DNA from: Eledone cirrhosa | Taxonomy: Eukaryota | Direction: 5' to 3' | DNA: 64,000 nucleotides | Assembly (NCBI GenBank): GCA_964016885.1 | Contig: OZ024743.1 | Span: forward strand, 229,152,001 to 229,216,000 | Part shown: positions 12,141 through 26,011 of the stretch, piece after piece | How the letters are laid out: each line of letters begins with the position of its first letter | Numbering within the stretch: position 1 is the stretch's first letter | Position numbers and translations under genes: made by a program | The notes under the pieces: generated by a model | The model's input: the letters and a program-made list of their open reading frames with translations, nothing else | Database searches by the model: none | What the model was told of the DNA's origin: nothing

Positions 12141-12427
12141 GGTTGCTGCCAACTCGTTTTCGAGTACGGCCACTACTTTATATCCATGTAGGAGAACCCC
12201 TACCGATGCGCTGAACGAGTGTGACTTTTTAGTCCAGCCAGCGACTTGAAAACTCTGGTACAAACACTACACTTGTGACAATTATTGACACAGTGCTGGG
12301 CTCATGGTACCATGTGACGACAAGTGCAGAGAGATCTCCAGATATAAAGCAATGCCTGTGCCGTGAAGCTTTTATAGTGAGCAAAGGCACTGCACAAAGC
12401 CAGTCCCACTCTCTTAACCAAGATGAT
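12141..12427 (-). mobile_element. 5'-truncated copy of the bipartite RTE derivative
   Basis: Highly similar to 10237-10525 and includes the same 5'UTR/3'-end junction. Confidence 0.88.
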
Positions 12428-12475
12428 ATATATATATATATATAATATACATACATATATATACATACATACATA

Positions 12476-12516
<41 letters not shown>

Positions 12517-12528
12517 ACATATATATAC

Positions 12529-12575
<47 letters not shown>

Positions 12576-13544
12576 CATACATACATACATACATATATAT
12601 ATATATACACATACACACACATATATATATACACATACATACATATATATATACACATACATACATATATATATACACATACATACATATATATACACAT
12701 ACATACATATATATATACACATACATACATATATACATACACACACATATATACATCCATATATAAACATACATACATCTCTCTCTCTCTCTTTCTCTAG
12801 AGAGAGAAGAAAGGGTGTTGAGAGAAATGGATTATGAAAGAATAATAGAAATGGTCGAGGAAAAAAATAGCATCTGAAGTAGTAAGATAGGTCACCACAG
12901 TTGAACAACCAGAATTACACACAGAACGCTTGGAGATAAAATTATTCATGACTTTGTCGTCCAATAAAGAAACAGGGAATTTAGTAACACTGAATAATGG
13001 ATGGGCAACACAGCTGGTTGCTAAGTGATAGAGAGGTACTGTCAGCTCTTTTGAAAAAAATAAAAATAAAAAATAAAATAAAATAAAATAAAAACAAAAG
13101 CAACATGAAAAAATAAACAACCCTTTATGATTAGACAATCAATCTTATCAGTCACCATGCAATATTATTATAGTATGTAGCAGAAATTCTTACATGGTCT
13201 AAGTGGTGTATACAGAATTATTTTACAAAGGTAAAAACAAAATTAAGTGTAGTGGTGAGAGGAATAAAGGAAAATGTTGATCTCCAAAACAGAGAAGCAA
13301 AGAAAATGGAACTCTCCATTGGTTCGAGAGTGCTCCAGTTCAAACAATAGAACAATCTGCAGAAGAAAGTAACATGCAACTGCCTGAGTATTTGAACACA
13401 GACGTGCACCCTTTGAAGAATCCTAAAGGATTTTGTAAAATTATTAATTATTCATTACTTAGATATTAACCTAGCACATGATTCTTATATATTATATAAA
13501 ATTATGTAGAAAGTCTAATTTAAATAGGTATTTTTTGTTTGATA

Positions 13545-13768
13545 GCACCAGAGCCAGTTTTGGTTGGGGTGGTAACAAAAGGGAGACTCAGAATGACATA
13601 CTGTGAAAAATATGGCTCTTTGAATTACACATACAATTGTTTCCCAGATCAGTGGACTGGAGTAATGTCAAATAAGTCTCTTGTTCAAGGACACAACATG
13701 CTACCAGGAATCAAACTCATGATCTTATGGCCATGAGATAAACACCCTAACCACTAAGTTATGCACTT
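13545..13768 (-). mobile_element. Decayed tRNA-derived SINE
   Basis: Minus strand has an A-box-like TAACTTAGTGG and a B-box-like GAGTTTGATTCC followed by TGTGTCCTTGAACAAG; similar to 16480-16808, 18240-18357 and 30790-31060. Confidence 0.6.
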
Positions 13769-14374
13769 TCATGAATTTTCTGTAATACACTTAATATTAC
13801 CAACTTAATTCGAAATATTTGTCATAAGACAGTTTACCAGAAGGAAAACTGTTCAGGTATTCTATGATCAATAATCTGTCCTATTGATTTTTTGTCACAA
13901 AAGTGAAAATGCCAGGCAAAAGGTGACCTCCTCCTCCCCATTAAATACCTACAGGGGAGGGATGTAGAATGGTAAAAATGAAGAGCAAACAGTGTAAAGG
14001 ATTAATGGAGGAAAAATGTCAGTGAAATGATTGATTAACAAGCAGACCTTTCCAGATGAAATCTGGTTCAATGAAGTCTAGTATATACACTACTCCAGAA
14101 AACCACTTTCATATAAGCTTTAGAGATCTTATAATCATTATCAGATTGTCTCACCTTAACTGAGTTTGCTAAATAGAGCTAGAGTATTGTGTGTGTACAT
14201 GTGTGTGAGTATGTGTATGTAGAGTGAAAGGGGGATAAGAGAAGTGGAAGAAACAGAGACAGAAAGAGGCAGGCAGAGAGTGAAAGAAAGAAAATGTGTT
14301 CAAAAGAAAAAGTATAAAACATTTTGAGGTAGTGTCTTATGGCACGATGTCCTTCCTGATGGCAATATATGTGC

Positions 14375-14405
<31 letters not shown>

Positions 14406-14406
<1 letters not shown>

Positions 14407-14975
14407 CATCATCATTTTACGTCCGCTTTTTCCTGCGTGCAAGGGTGGTATGGGACTTCTTCAGCACAGCATCTCTGCATTTGTCATAGTCCTTCATCAT
14501 CTCCTCTGTAAGCTTCAACGATCTGAGGTCAGTTCTCACTACCCCAGCCCATGTTTTCTGTGGTCTTCCTCCACTGCATTCTCCTTCCACTGAGATTACC
14601 TGACACTTCTTCACCCAGTGGTCATCTTCCATGTGCATCCCATGGCCATACCAACTTAGGCTTCTCTCCTGCACACAACAGTTTATTCCTCTTATACACA
14701 GTTTCTATCCCAGCTCGTCCATGCTTGGTCATTCACGTACATTCACTGGTACTTGCTTACTTCATTTAGCTCCAGCCTTTGCATATCTTCCACAATTGCT
14801 GCCCATATCTCACTACCATGCAGCATCGCACGGGCATCATACAACTGACCTTTCATTCGCAGAGAGAAGTCTTTTGTTGTCAACAGAGGAAGCAGCTCCC
14901 TGTCATTCTACATACTATGCCCTCGTAGCATCCTCCTCCCTTGCTAATTTGATCACCTAGATATCGGAAGCTCTA
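14406..14975 (-). mobile_element. Old 5'-truncated RTE copy related to family A, short-3'UTR variant
   Basis: Encodes FRYLGD and RSLSWYGHGMHMEDDHWVKKC...GRPQKTW; tail GCGGACGTAAAA(TGA)n. Confidence 0.85.
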
Positions 14976-16479
14976 TGTATATACATATAATTTTTAAGGC
15001 CAGTTTCAATTAATAATTATATTCAAACTTGCCCTATGGGCTTGAGTTGCTCTAAACCTTGGATAAATTTATCTACCTATTACTAATATTATATATATAT
15101 ATATATATATACACACAAACACACACATATACATACACATACATATATATGTGTGTGTATATATATATACATACGCACATTTATACATACATACGCACAT
15201 TTATACATACATACATAACTTTATATACAGCAAAATCTTTTCGTAAGTCATTTCTCAAAAGGAATAAGGGAAATGTCAGGAACCACTTAAAAACTTTTTT
15301 ACATCTGGGACAATTCCTTAGAATTGCAGTTGAGATCTGCTTGGCAAATAAATGAATATTCCAAGACTGGTTTTTGTACAGAAAAACTTATAAGAAAAGC
15401 TTCAATGAAGCTTTGACAACAAAATCACTTCTATAGCCATCCATCATCTCTCATAGATAAACTGTCAACCACCACCATCATCATCCAGCTCTTCACATCA
15501 AGGCAATTGGGAGTAAATACTATGGAATGAATGAAGAGAGAGACACTTGCATAAACATGGAAAATAGTTTTTAAGCAAATATTTTTACTGATCTAAACCA
15601 AAACATATTTGATTACAGCTACGGAACCATAGAGAGAATATTGTATATAATAATATAATAATAGCATACCGTTATCATTATATGAATATGTAGGGATACA
15701 TACAGATGTAAAGTGGGGGTGTATAGGGAGAGATGGATGGGAATGGGGAGAGATAGATGAAGGATGGGCATAACAGAAGAAAAATGAAGAGGGGCATGGA
15801 GAGAAAGACAAATAAGGGAGGGCATATGGAGATGAGAGGTGGACATAGGAAAAGCAAGATGTGGGTGGGATAAGGGAAAAGAGAGAATAGAGAGGGGTGG
15901 GTGGAGATAGACAAGAAAACAAAGAGGATAAGGTGAGATATAGGGAGAAAGAGAAGAGAAACAAAGAAAGGAAGGAAGAGAGAGGAAACAGAAGAGAAAT
16001 AGAAAGAAAACGAAAGAACAGGGATGTGAGAGAAAGAAATTTGTTTGTGTCACATTGTGTAAAAAACAACAAAAACTAACCACAATTAAAGGCAGCAAGT
16101 GTAATAATTTGCCTGTGAGAGAGAAACAAAGAAAGGGAGAGTATGAGAATGAGAGAATATGAGAATGAGAGAATATGAGAATGAGAGAGAGATATTGTGA
16201 GATTGTACAGCTGGCAGCAAGTGTAATAATTTGCAAGAGAGAGAAATTTTGTGCAGCAGGCAGAGACAAAAGTGTGTCTTATTTAGATATTTACAACAGC
16301 AGGGGAAAAGGGTTACCAGGAAAACATGACCTAAATGAACAGCATACAATCTAAAGGACGATATTACATTGCACAACTGAAGATCTCTTTTGTTTCAGCA
16401 AGAATCTAAGCAGAAATCAAAGCATGTACAAAGAACATGACTGTTTTTATGAATTGGAGGCCTAATAAAAACAAGTGCT

Positions 16480-16808
16480 CAATATATATGTGTTTTGAAC
16501 CTTCCATCAGTTCTGATGAGTGTCTTAGTTGTGCAGTCAACAGAAGAGTTTGATCGTGAAGTTAATGTGCAAGTGGCTGAGCATTCCACAGACACATGTA
16601 ACTTTAACATAGTACTCAGGGAGATTTATCATGATACAGTGTATGGTAAAGCTGGCCCTTTAAATTCAGGTATAACTCATTTTTTTCAGTTAAGTGGACT
16701 GAAGCAACATGAAATAAAGTATCTTACTCAAGGACCAATGTGCCACTGGTATTCAAACTCGCAACCTTATTGCTATGAACCAGACACTAACCACTAAACC
16801 ATGCACCT
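16480..16808 (-). mobile_element. Decayed tRNA-derived SINE
   Basis: Head GGTGCATGGTTTAGTGG...GAGTTTGAATACC on the minus strand; body similar to 30790-31060. Confidence 0.65.
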
Positions 16809-17854
16809 TCTAAATATGTATATATATTAAACATGTCAACACACCAATCTGTTTTTCTATGCTATACTTCACTATTATTTTTTTATGAGCAGTAATGGGC
16901 AGGCAGGCTTCTTTAGCCCACATAGCCCTATTGATTTTGCAGTATCTGATATATAAACATACACAGACATTCATTTGTACAGAATGAGAGATAAAGTATG
17001 AGTGGTTAAAATAGACAGGATGGTAAAGTTTCTTGGTCAAAAACAAATTCACCATGCTATCTTATCTTAGCAACCAAGCCTCCTTCAAATCTCATATCAC
17101 CAACTTAAAACAAGGAATGCTACAAAGGATAATGTAATTCTAAATATACTATGTCTGAACATAAGATGTTGATGATTAAAGCTAGAATGCCTTTGATCAT
17201 AAGTTTGCTAGATTAGCAGATTGCTAATAAGTTATCAGAAGATAATTAGTGTATTATTGTCATAAGTAACAATAAGTGTTCTGTAGACTTCATTCAACAG
17301 TTATTTGCTTTTAGTAGAGTCCACTGCTGCAAACATTCGGATAGGATCTCCAGTTTGAGGATACCTATCCCCACTTCACTCTTCTTAATCTCAGAGGCCT
17401 TAATAAAGAGAATTGTCTTTTTCTCCCCAATTAAACTGTAATAAATATAATAAACACAAACTTTTGACTTAACCCACTTGATATAAATGGTTTGACAATG
17501 CTCCTGGCTTTATGATACTAAATTATTTGTGAATAGAGTAGTATAGTTAATGCAAAGCATTTGCTTTAAAATGTTTATATTGTTTTTAAAATCTTCCATC
17601 ATAGCTTTATATAAGAACCTTCATTATGTTCCAAACACCAGCTTAATAATGAGAAACTTAGTTATAATAATTACTAAAATCACTCCAAAATTTTGATTAT
17701 TTTCAAAATGATAGTTTTTCATCAAGAATATGGTAACCAAATTGTTAAGTAAAGAAAAGAGCTCATTTACTACATGATAGAACAATTCTTAAAGAACTCA
17801 ATATCACAACATTATGAAACCAAAGTTATCCAGAATATACATTAACATAAACTG

Positions 17855-18060
17855 ATTTCTAATTTAGGCACATGGCCAGCAAATTTAAGGGAATGTTGAA
17901 GTTGATTAAATGAACCCAAGTACTTTGTTAGTACTTTATTTTATCAGCCCAGGAAATATGAAAGGCAAAGTTGATCTTACTAGAATTTGAACTCAGAATC
18001 TAAAGAGCCGGAATAAATACTGCACTGGCATTTCATTCCCTATTCTACCAATTCTACCAA
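17855..18060 (-). mobile_element. Decayed SINE (second family)
   Basis: Shares TTAGGCACA.GGCCAGCAA...GAAAGGCAAAGT..A.CT...GATTTGAACTCAGA with 21465-21640. Confidence 0.6.
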
Positions 18061-18239
18061 TCCAGAAATTAAAATCAAACATAGAACAAAATATATATAT
18101 ATAACAGTTGATCGACAAGATCCCAGACCTCATTTGCTTAACTAATAGGATGGAGCTCATCAAATCGGACTGAGGAAACAATGTTTCCATTGGTCTTTCC
18201 AATTGCTAATACTAGCTACCGGTCACAAATCCAGGCAGA

Positions 18240-18357
18240 AGGTGCAACATGAAGTAAAGTGACTTGCTCAAGGCCATAATACACCGCCCAGGCTGGGAAT
18301 CAAACTCACAACCTCATGATTGCAAATCCAATTCTCTAACCACTCAGCAATGTGCCT
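18240..18357 (-). mobile_element. SINE head fragment
   Basis: GGCACATTGCTGAGTGG...GAGTTTGATTCCC on the minus strand. Confidence 0.55.
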
Positions 18358-18765
18358 TTAAATAGAATAATGATATACAAAAATCACAACAAAAATAGTC
18401 ATAAATGAATAAAGTGCTCATTTGTTTTACATCTTTAGTCATACTCTATCCAAATGTCTATGCATATGTATTCAGTATATAAACATGTGGAAAATAGATG
18501 TTTCAGTTAGGAGGAAGGGGCTGAATTTGTGGCTGGAGTAAGAGTTGGACTTGTGGAGCAGCTGTTGATAAGACAGTTGCCACTGAAATATTAATAAGAA
18601 GAAGTCTTTTACATGAATAATTAATACCTGTGGAGTTGATACAGTAGGAAGGTGAGAAAAGGAGAGGAGAGCAATAATTCTGAGCATCCTGTTTTCCCAC
18701 CTTATCATCATCTCTGTATCACACCTTGCAGGCCCTGTACTAAACCAACCCCAGATTAAAAATTA

Positions 18766-18806
<41 letters not shown>

Positions 18807-19324
18807 ATGCGCTTAGGATCTCAAAATAATCAAAAGGCGTATATTTTCACTTTTGTGAGACCTTCTAATATAGTCTTCTTTTTTTTTAAGAAGGTGCCTC
18901 CAAGCTTTGTACAGCTTAGGGCTACACTGCATTAAACACTTTACCCAGTCATATATGCTGTAAATAGCAGCCCTCAAGAATTTCCTCCAGCTTCCAAGCT
19001 GTTCCTGCAGCCATTAACCTATAAATGTTTAAGCTACATAAATCTGACCAGTCTGGATGAATCTGTAAAAAGTTCATAAGCACTGCTCTCCCTACTCTAA
19101 ATAACAATTAAAACCTGCATGAGTAAATTTGCATTCATGAATATTCTTTTTCGTTCTTTTATTCATTTACAGGATTCAATCATTAGACTGCACCTATGCT
19201 GGTGCACTGCTTTAATTTTGACCAGTCTGACACTTATTTCCTTCTGTCAAATTGTGTGTGACACTGACACAGAAATGGACACATATACATACACCTATAT
19301 ATATAATATATATGTACACATATA

Positions 19325-19455
19325 TATTGGGCTTCTGGAGTTTCTGTCTACCAAATTCCACGGCTTTTGTCAATCACATGTTAGATTAGAAAACACTTGC
19401 AGCAGGACTAAGCCCAGACAAATTAAAATCCTTAACCACACAGCCATGCCTGCAC
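19325..19455 (-). mobile_element. SINE fragment
   Basis: Ends TAACCACACAGCCATGCCTGCACC, the reverse complement of the head type seen at 24570. Confidence 0.5.
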
Positions 19456-20202
19456 CAATATATATTGTTACTTGTTGCTCTTTTAACCTGAGTCAAACCT
19501 AAGACATGTTGAAAGGCACTCCAGCTATGACCATAATGTCTTTTAGGGCTATCCAGGAATATATTATCCAATGAATGCAACCTTCCTTTTTCCAATGTAG
19601 TATGCTTTAGATGTGGTAGTTTGAGGATCATATGTCTGCTATTTCTAACCAACTGAATGACCAAAGTGATTCAGCTTTAGGATCACAGGTGATACCATGG
19701 ATAGCCCCATGGTATTTTTTTCTTTTTCTGACATTTGTTTCTCTCCTACTCCCTCTACATACACATTAGCAGTTTCTTTTACATTCTACTTCTCTAAGAA
19801 AATCGATTTTGTTGTTGTTATTATTGATGTTATTTTCTAGTAACTAATGTTTGTTTGATGACCTACACAACAAGCTATAATGATAGAGAAAAAGGAAAAC
19901 AAAACAACAACAAAACAAAATGATGTTGAGAGTTGTTTCAAATGGCTAAAAGCCAACAAGCAATCATTTTCTTCTTTCCATCTCTTTTTGTCTTCATCTT
20001 AAATTTTCCCTTAGAATTATTTATTAATTGATTATGCACCCCTGCAATTATTTTCTTTCTTACCATGCAGTTTGTTCATTATCTCTGCTTTTTGACAATT
20101 GTCCAAAATAGCAAAATTCATCCATTCAGTGAAAACACTTTATCCATGATAATCTAAATTCTTTTATTTTCTTCATATATATATATATATGAGAGAGAGA
20201 GA

Positions 20203-20360
<158 letters not shown>

Positions 20361-20642
20361 ATGCGTACATATATACACGTGTGTTTGTGTGTGTAATTAC
20401 TTTTGTTAGCTTGCTATCTTTCCTAGTTTCTAAATTAGACTGACAAGTTATATCGCATTCTGAAATCTAAGATTCATAGTGGTTTTGACCTCATACAGTA
20501 AACAATTTACTCTATGTGGTTTTAATTTAAACAAAATTAATAGCTCATAAGACAATAAGCAAATCAATTTCCTTATTAATATTTGTGCGGTTGGGGTGAG
20601 GGATAATAATGCCAGTGCCAGCATGGAAGAATGGACATTAAA

Positions 20643-20689
<47 letters not shown>

Positions 20690-21464
20690 TCCTTCTATTC
20701 TTTCCAGTTTTGTTTAATTTATATTTTTGTTGCGTATTGTTTTAAGTAGTTTCATAATTTAAAAGATTTTTTTTATTGTGTATTAAGAAACTGTTTTGCA
20801 TTCAAATTAACTCCATAACATGGTTCATTAAATTTTTCTTCTCTTATGAAAGAATGAAAATTAATTCAATCAGAGACCATTAGAGTACAATTAATTTTAG
20901 AAATAAAGTTCTAAGTTTTTTCTTTTCATCATCATAATAATGATTTAGCTTCCCTCCCTCTGCTACTAAAGCAATAGCTATGTGTGTGTAGTAAATGTGT
21001 GTGTAGATAGGAAGTTGGTAATTAAAGACTTAGTAAAACCATTCTTTAAAGTATAGAGTACTAAGTTGAATAAAGTAGAATATAGATATCATTTGACACA
21101 TGCAAGTAAACGTTTTGGTCATGCTTAAATCATAGGGTATATATATATATGATAATCAATAATTTAGAGTGACTCAATAATATAACAAAGAGGGGGACAG
21201 AAATACCAGAAAGCCTAGGGGTTCGAGCATGGGCTAATATAGCTATGCTTGGATACATTTTTGGCCTGTGGTAATGTAAAAAAGGGTGATATAATTTCCC
21301 CTACTTTATTTGCCATATGCTTCATAATAGTTTTTCAATCTCTTATGGTATTTATATAGACAACTGCATAATTTGTAAGTTATTCAATTTCAAACTGATT
21401 AACGTTGTATCACAGATTTATATTTCTGATAGGGGACCATGTGAACTTTTATATGATAATTGTT

Positions 21465-21640
21465 TCTACTTTAGGCACAAGGCCAGCAATTACCCAGTGC
21501 ATTACTGGTACTTTATTATATCGACCCCGTAAGGATGAAAGGCAAAGTCAACCTCGGCGGGATTTGAACTCAGATCGTAAAGGGACGTAACTATGCTGGA
21601 AAGCATGGCGTCCGACCCTCTACCGATACTGCCAATCCAC
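21465..21640 (-). mobile_element. Decayed SINE (second family)
   Basis: Homologous to 17855-18060; B-box-like GAGTTCAAATCCC on the minus strand. Confidence 0.6.
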
Positions 21641-21699
21641 CAATGATAATGGCTGCAAAACTGTCGCACATGTTGAAAAAAATTTCAAACTCTTATAGA

Positions 21700-22250
21700 T
21701 AAGATTTCATTGGCACATAAGGTTTTAGGCCTCACAATAAATCTTGATAAAACTTGTTTTTTATCAGCCCTGACATGGAAAGCTTTGTTTGGAAACTGAA
21801 ATAATGGTACATGATAAAACTTTGAAAAATGTGCCTTCCTTCAAATATCCTGGCAGCATGTTCAAGGGGAATGCAACTCTGATTCTCAAAGTTGTAAATA
21901 GAATTTAGAAGTCATAGTTATCTTTTGGAAAATAATTTTTCATAAGGGTCTCAATGGTACATAAAATAAAATTACATTAACACACATGCATTTTGTTCAT
22001 GTTGTTGTATGACTGTAAAACATGGACACTATACTCAAAATATGTTAAATAGATGTTAAATAGTGCTATCAGCAAAATCATCATCAATAAATAAATTTTG
22101 CATATATGTTGGAGACATGAAGTGCTGTTGAGGTTGTGGATTTAGTGAAGCATAGTAAGCATAGAAGTTCTTTTGCAATGTAGAAGACTGAGATGGGTAG
22201 GCGATATAGCTTGTACAGAAGTTGAAAAGCTTTCATGGCCCCTCACAAAT
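21700..22250 (+). mobile_element. Highly decayed RTE RT/C-terminal fragment
   Basis: Remnant motifs FKYPGS (cf. FVYLGS) and RRLRWVGDI (cf. RLRWSGHL), with stops and frameshifts. Confidence 0.55.
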
Positions 22251-22527
22251 CCAAGTTACAGTAAAATACCTAATACTAATGGCAACAATCAACCAATGAA
22301 AGGTTGTCAAATTCTTTTATTTTGTTGTTCTGTCTCTTTGAAATACAAAACATCAGGTGGATATTGCCTTAAATTTTTCCTCTAAAACAGCAAATGTTCA
22401 CGATGATCTAACCACTGCCAAAGATACTATAAATATTTGAATTAACAAACACTTTTTAAATGTTATCTGCTAAACTATTACAAGATAGTATGAGTTATCT
22501 AGTAGTTATTTTTAGTACCACCACAAA

Positions 22528-22808
22528 AATCCAGATTTAATGGAGGGCAAAGGGGACAATTGCCCGGGGTCCCTTGCAGTGGGGGGAGCCCCACCAGTTA
22601 TGGGCATAGCAATTTGTGCCCTAAGCTGGGCTTTTTAGATTTAGGATGGTTAGAATTTTTTAATTTAATACTTGTATGTATAACTTTTCAATTACTTGCA
22701 CCAAGCTGACTTTGATATGCAAATTTTTTTTTGGGGGGGGGGGGGGGGTTGCTATGTATACTAATTTTTGTGCATGAGGGTTCCCCTAAGGTCTAAAACC
22801 AACCCTGC
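22528..22808. mobile_element. Possible decayed MITE / non-autonomous DNA transposon
   Basis: GC-rich ends (CCAGATTTAA...GCCCGGGGTCCC and TAAAACCAACCCTG) around an AT-rich interior; TIRs are degenerate. Confidence 0.3.
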
Positions 22809-23856
22809 TTCCACACAAAAAAAGCCATATGTCAATTTGAATTCTTTTCCATATTCCCTGCATTGAATGGGTTAGAAAATTTATATGAATTTCATAGATA
22901 GTGAGTATATATCTTTTTGACAGAAAGAAAACTGATTCACCTAGGCCACTGGCTGTGATCCTGTTGATCAGTTTAAAAACACAAGATTTTGGTGTATTCA
23001 AAGTTAGCTTATATGTGAAAATATAAATATGTTTTTAAAAAAGTAAAAAGAAATTAGAAGAGAGTGTTCAACTATAGTTGTAATTCTATTTATTTATAAA
23101 CTCGTTAATTCTATTTCAACAACAAGGTTTATGAAAAAAAGACTCAAAATAGCATTTAGTTTTGATAAAGTCAGTGACTACCATTAATTTCAAGTGTGTA
23201 TAAATATATATATATATGCACACCCGCGCACACATATATATATACATATATACACCCACATACATATACACACACACATATAAATATATATATACATGAA
23301 TATATACACAGACACGCATATATAAATACATTTATATAGATACATGTATGTATTATACATACATACCTCTCTCACTCCCTCTGTGTGTGTGTGTACATAC
23401 ATATATAACTGTTTATTTGAATTAACGGTTAACAAAAAAACACAAGTAAATTTGGAAAAAAAAAAATTAAAATGCCCGTCAGGTATTTGCTCTATCAACA
23501 AGTCAAAGCTATATAATAAACCTAACTTTAGAAAATGTCATTAATTAAACCAGAAAAAAAACCCCATTTAATGAAGTGAAAATGAAAATGAAAATGAAAT
23601 AAAATTGTAGGATAGGTGGCTTGTGTGAGGTGTTGGTGGGGTGGTGGGTGGTATGAGAAATAAGTTTTAAAAACAAAACAAAAATACACAAAAAATCTTA
23701 ATAACCAATACTGTAAATTATGGAAAAAGCTAAAATAATAATAATAGTGATGATAATAGAATTAGTAATTACAAAATAATAAAAATGAAATTAAAATTAA
23801 AATAATGCTAAAGATAATGATAAAAAATAATATATAAACACTCATATTGTGGTACA

Positions 23857-23860
<4 letters not shown>

Positions 23861-23927
<67 letters not shown>
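23861..23927. repeat. (GA)n microsatellite
   Basis: Pure GA run. Confidence 0.97.
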
Positions 23928-23935
<8 letters not shown>

Positions 23936-24569
23936 TTACTAATTAAGTACATCATTTTTCAGTGTAAATAATTAAAAGGCTTTGAGTGAAATTAAGTCTT
24001 CTTTTAAAAATGTGTTATATATGTACATAACTATTGATGGTTATTACACATGAATGTGTGTAATAGCTACCAATACTTAATGTATTATGCTCAGTCTTAT
24101 AAACTACTGAATATGGAGACAAATCATATATTAAACAACCACTGTTCACTCATGGACTTATACATATAGTTATACATATTTGTTTACAGAAATGCTTGGA
24201 ACCACAACAAAAGTAAAATAATATTTTTACAAAAATGATATTAACTCAATGATAGTAACTCAAATATTGTCAGTGGATATCAGTAGCTTAACTCTTTCTA
24301 AGCTAATCTACAGATCTGATTCTAAGAAACAAAACCACCCATCTTAAAAGGCTCCTAATAAAATTAAAACCTAACATATTTTGATATAAAAAAAAACCAT
24401 TGGTTAAACTGTAGATACCACCTTCGTAAAACCTTCAAAAGTCTTCATTAATCGAAATGTAGTGTATAGAAATATCTAAATAAAAGGGTTTAAGATATAC
24501 ACAACCACGCTAAGAAAAATGTCAAAACCTGTAAACAAGTCTGTACTATAATGATAACATAAGGCTAAG

Positions 24570-24843
24570 TTGGAGGCATGGTTGTGTGGTTAAGGAGTTC
24601 ACTTCACAATCACATGGTTTCAGGATCACACACCATGTGGCATCTTTGTTACTATAGCATCAGGTTAGGATGTTAGGATTTTAGGAAATGAAATAAAATA
24701 AAAATGAAAAAAATGTGTTTGATAAAATAAGTATCTGACTTGAAAAATAAACACTGGAAACGATTTGATCATCTTAATCCCTTTATTGTGGTATCTCAAC
24801 ATGGCTGCAGCTTAATGACTGAAACTAGTAGCAGAATAAAAGT
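24570..24843 (+). mobile_element. Decayed tRNA-derived SINE with CR1-type 3' tail
   Basis: Head GGCATGGTTGTGTGGTTAAG; tail CAACATGGCTGCAGCTTAATGACTGAAAC...AATAAAAG resembles the CR1 tail at 38830-38890. Confidence 0.6.
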
Positions 24844-26011
24844 TAACCGTGGATACATATCAGAGACCAAGTCCCAAACTCTGTGATGCAACAATATTTT
24901 TGACACCAAGAAATAAATGATGGATCAAAGTCCCTTGCAACACAAGTACAAGTGAAGCTAAAGCTAATGTTCCACAATAAAACTTCTTTAGGCTTCGGAT
25001 GAAGTCGCCAGACAAGTAGAGCTCCAAGAAAAAATCTCTGTACCATTCCATAGAATATAGTGATGACAACAAGAGTACATATAACAGTGAAGTAATGAGG
25101 TTAAGAAGAGGGTGATGATACTCAAAGGTGAACAAGTGCAAATAGTTCTTTATTTTCTATTACTACTGCTACTGATAATAGTTTATTGAAAATAGAAGAA
25201 ATGAAGATGTCAACAATTGATGATGATGAGAGGAAAATGATTCAAAAGTAGTTCAATCTTTAGTCATCGATTGAAAAAAACAATCTGAGAAGTTCGATGG
25301 ATATATGTAAAAATAAGAAGGAAATTATGATGGTGGTCTTTGTTTTGGTCATGGTGGCAGTAGTGATGAGGATGATGATGATGGCAATGGTGGTAGTGGC
25401 AGTGATATTGATGAATAAAATGAGAAGTACTTCATTTAAACAACAATTTGAGAAAAAGACACTCCCTTGCCAAGAAGGAAAAGTGAAATGAGTAATGTAA
25501 CCAAGTGAACTGAAGAAAACACTGATGCTTTCACTACTCACAGAATATATGATGTTTGACGAACATTTGGAGCATCCGGCAGTAACCCCTCTTGAACCCA
25601 GTGTTCAAATAATCTCATGTTGACTATGAACGATACAAACAAACAAGACATTACTGAAGAAATAGAGACCTACTGGAATCATTATGAGTCACCATACCAA
25701 TTTCTATAGGGTCCATCTATTGCTTTTGACGGAACTATGTATGGATGGCAGAAGATGGCAACTAATTGGAAAAGGCTGTTTTCACAATTGATGCTGGAAA
25801 CTGGATATTGTGGATGAAAATTTGTAGAGAAGGAAGAAGAGGAGGTAGTAATGGTGAAGGTAAGGATTGCTGTTCACATTGTAGTTTCGTAAACCAATAG
25901 TTGCATTCAGTAATCCTGATTTCCCTTAAGCATCAGTGCCGGCAAATTTTAACACTGTTAATGAGCTAAAGTATCCAAATGATTATATACAGTATATATA
26001 TATATATATAT

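Noticed and set aside
13700-13768. tRNA gene
   Set aside because: Only degenerate A/B boxes with no cloverleaf, continuing into SINE body; the same applies to the other SINE heads.
15593-16269. Hydrophobic 159-aa and 216-aa ORFs as membrane proteins
   Set aside because: They arise from a purine/pyrimidine-skewed low-complexity tract.
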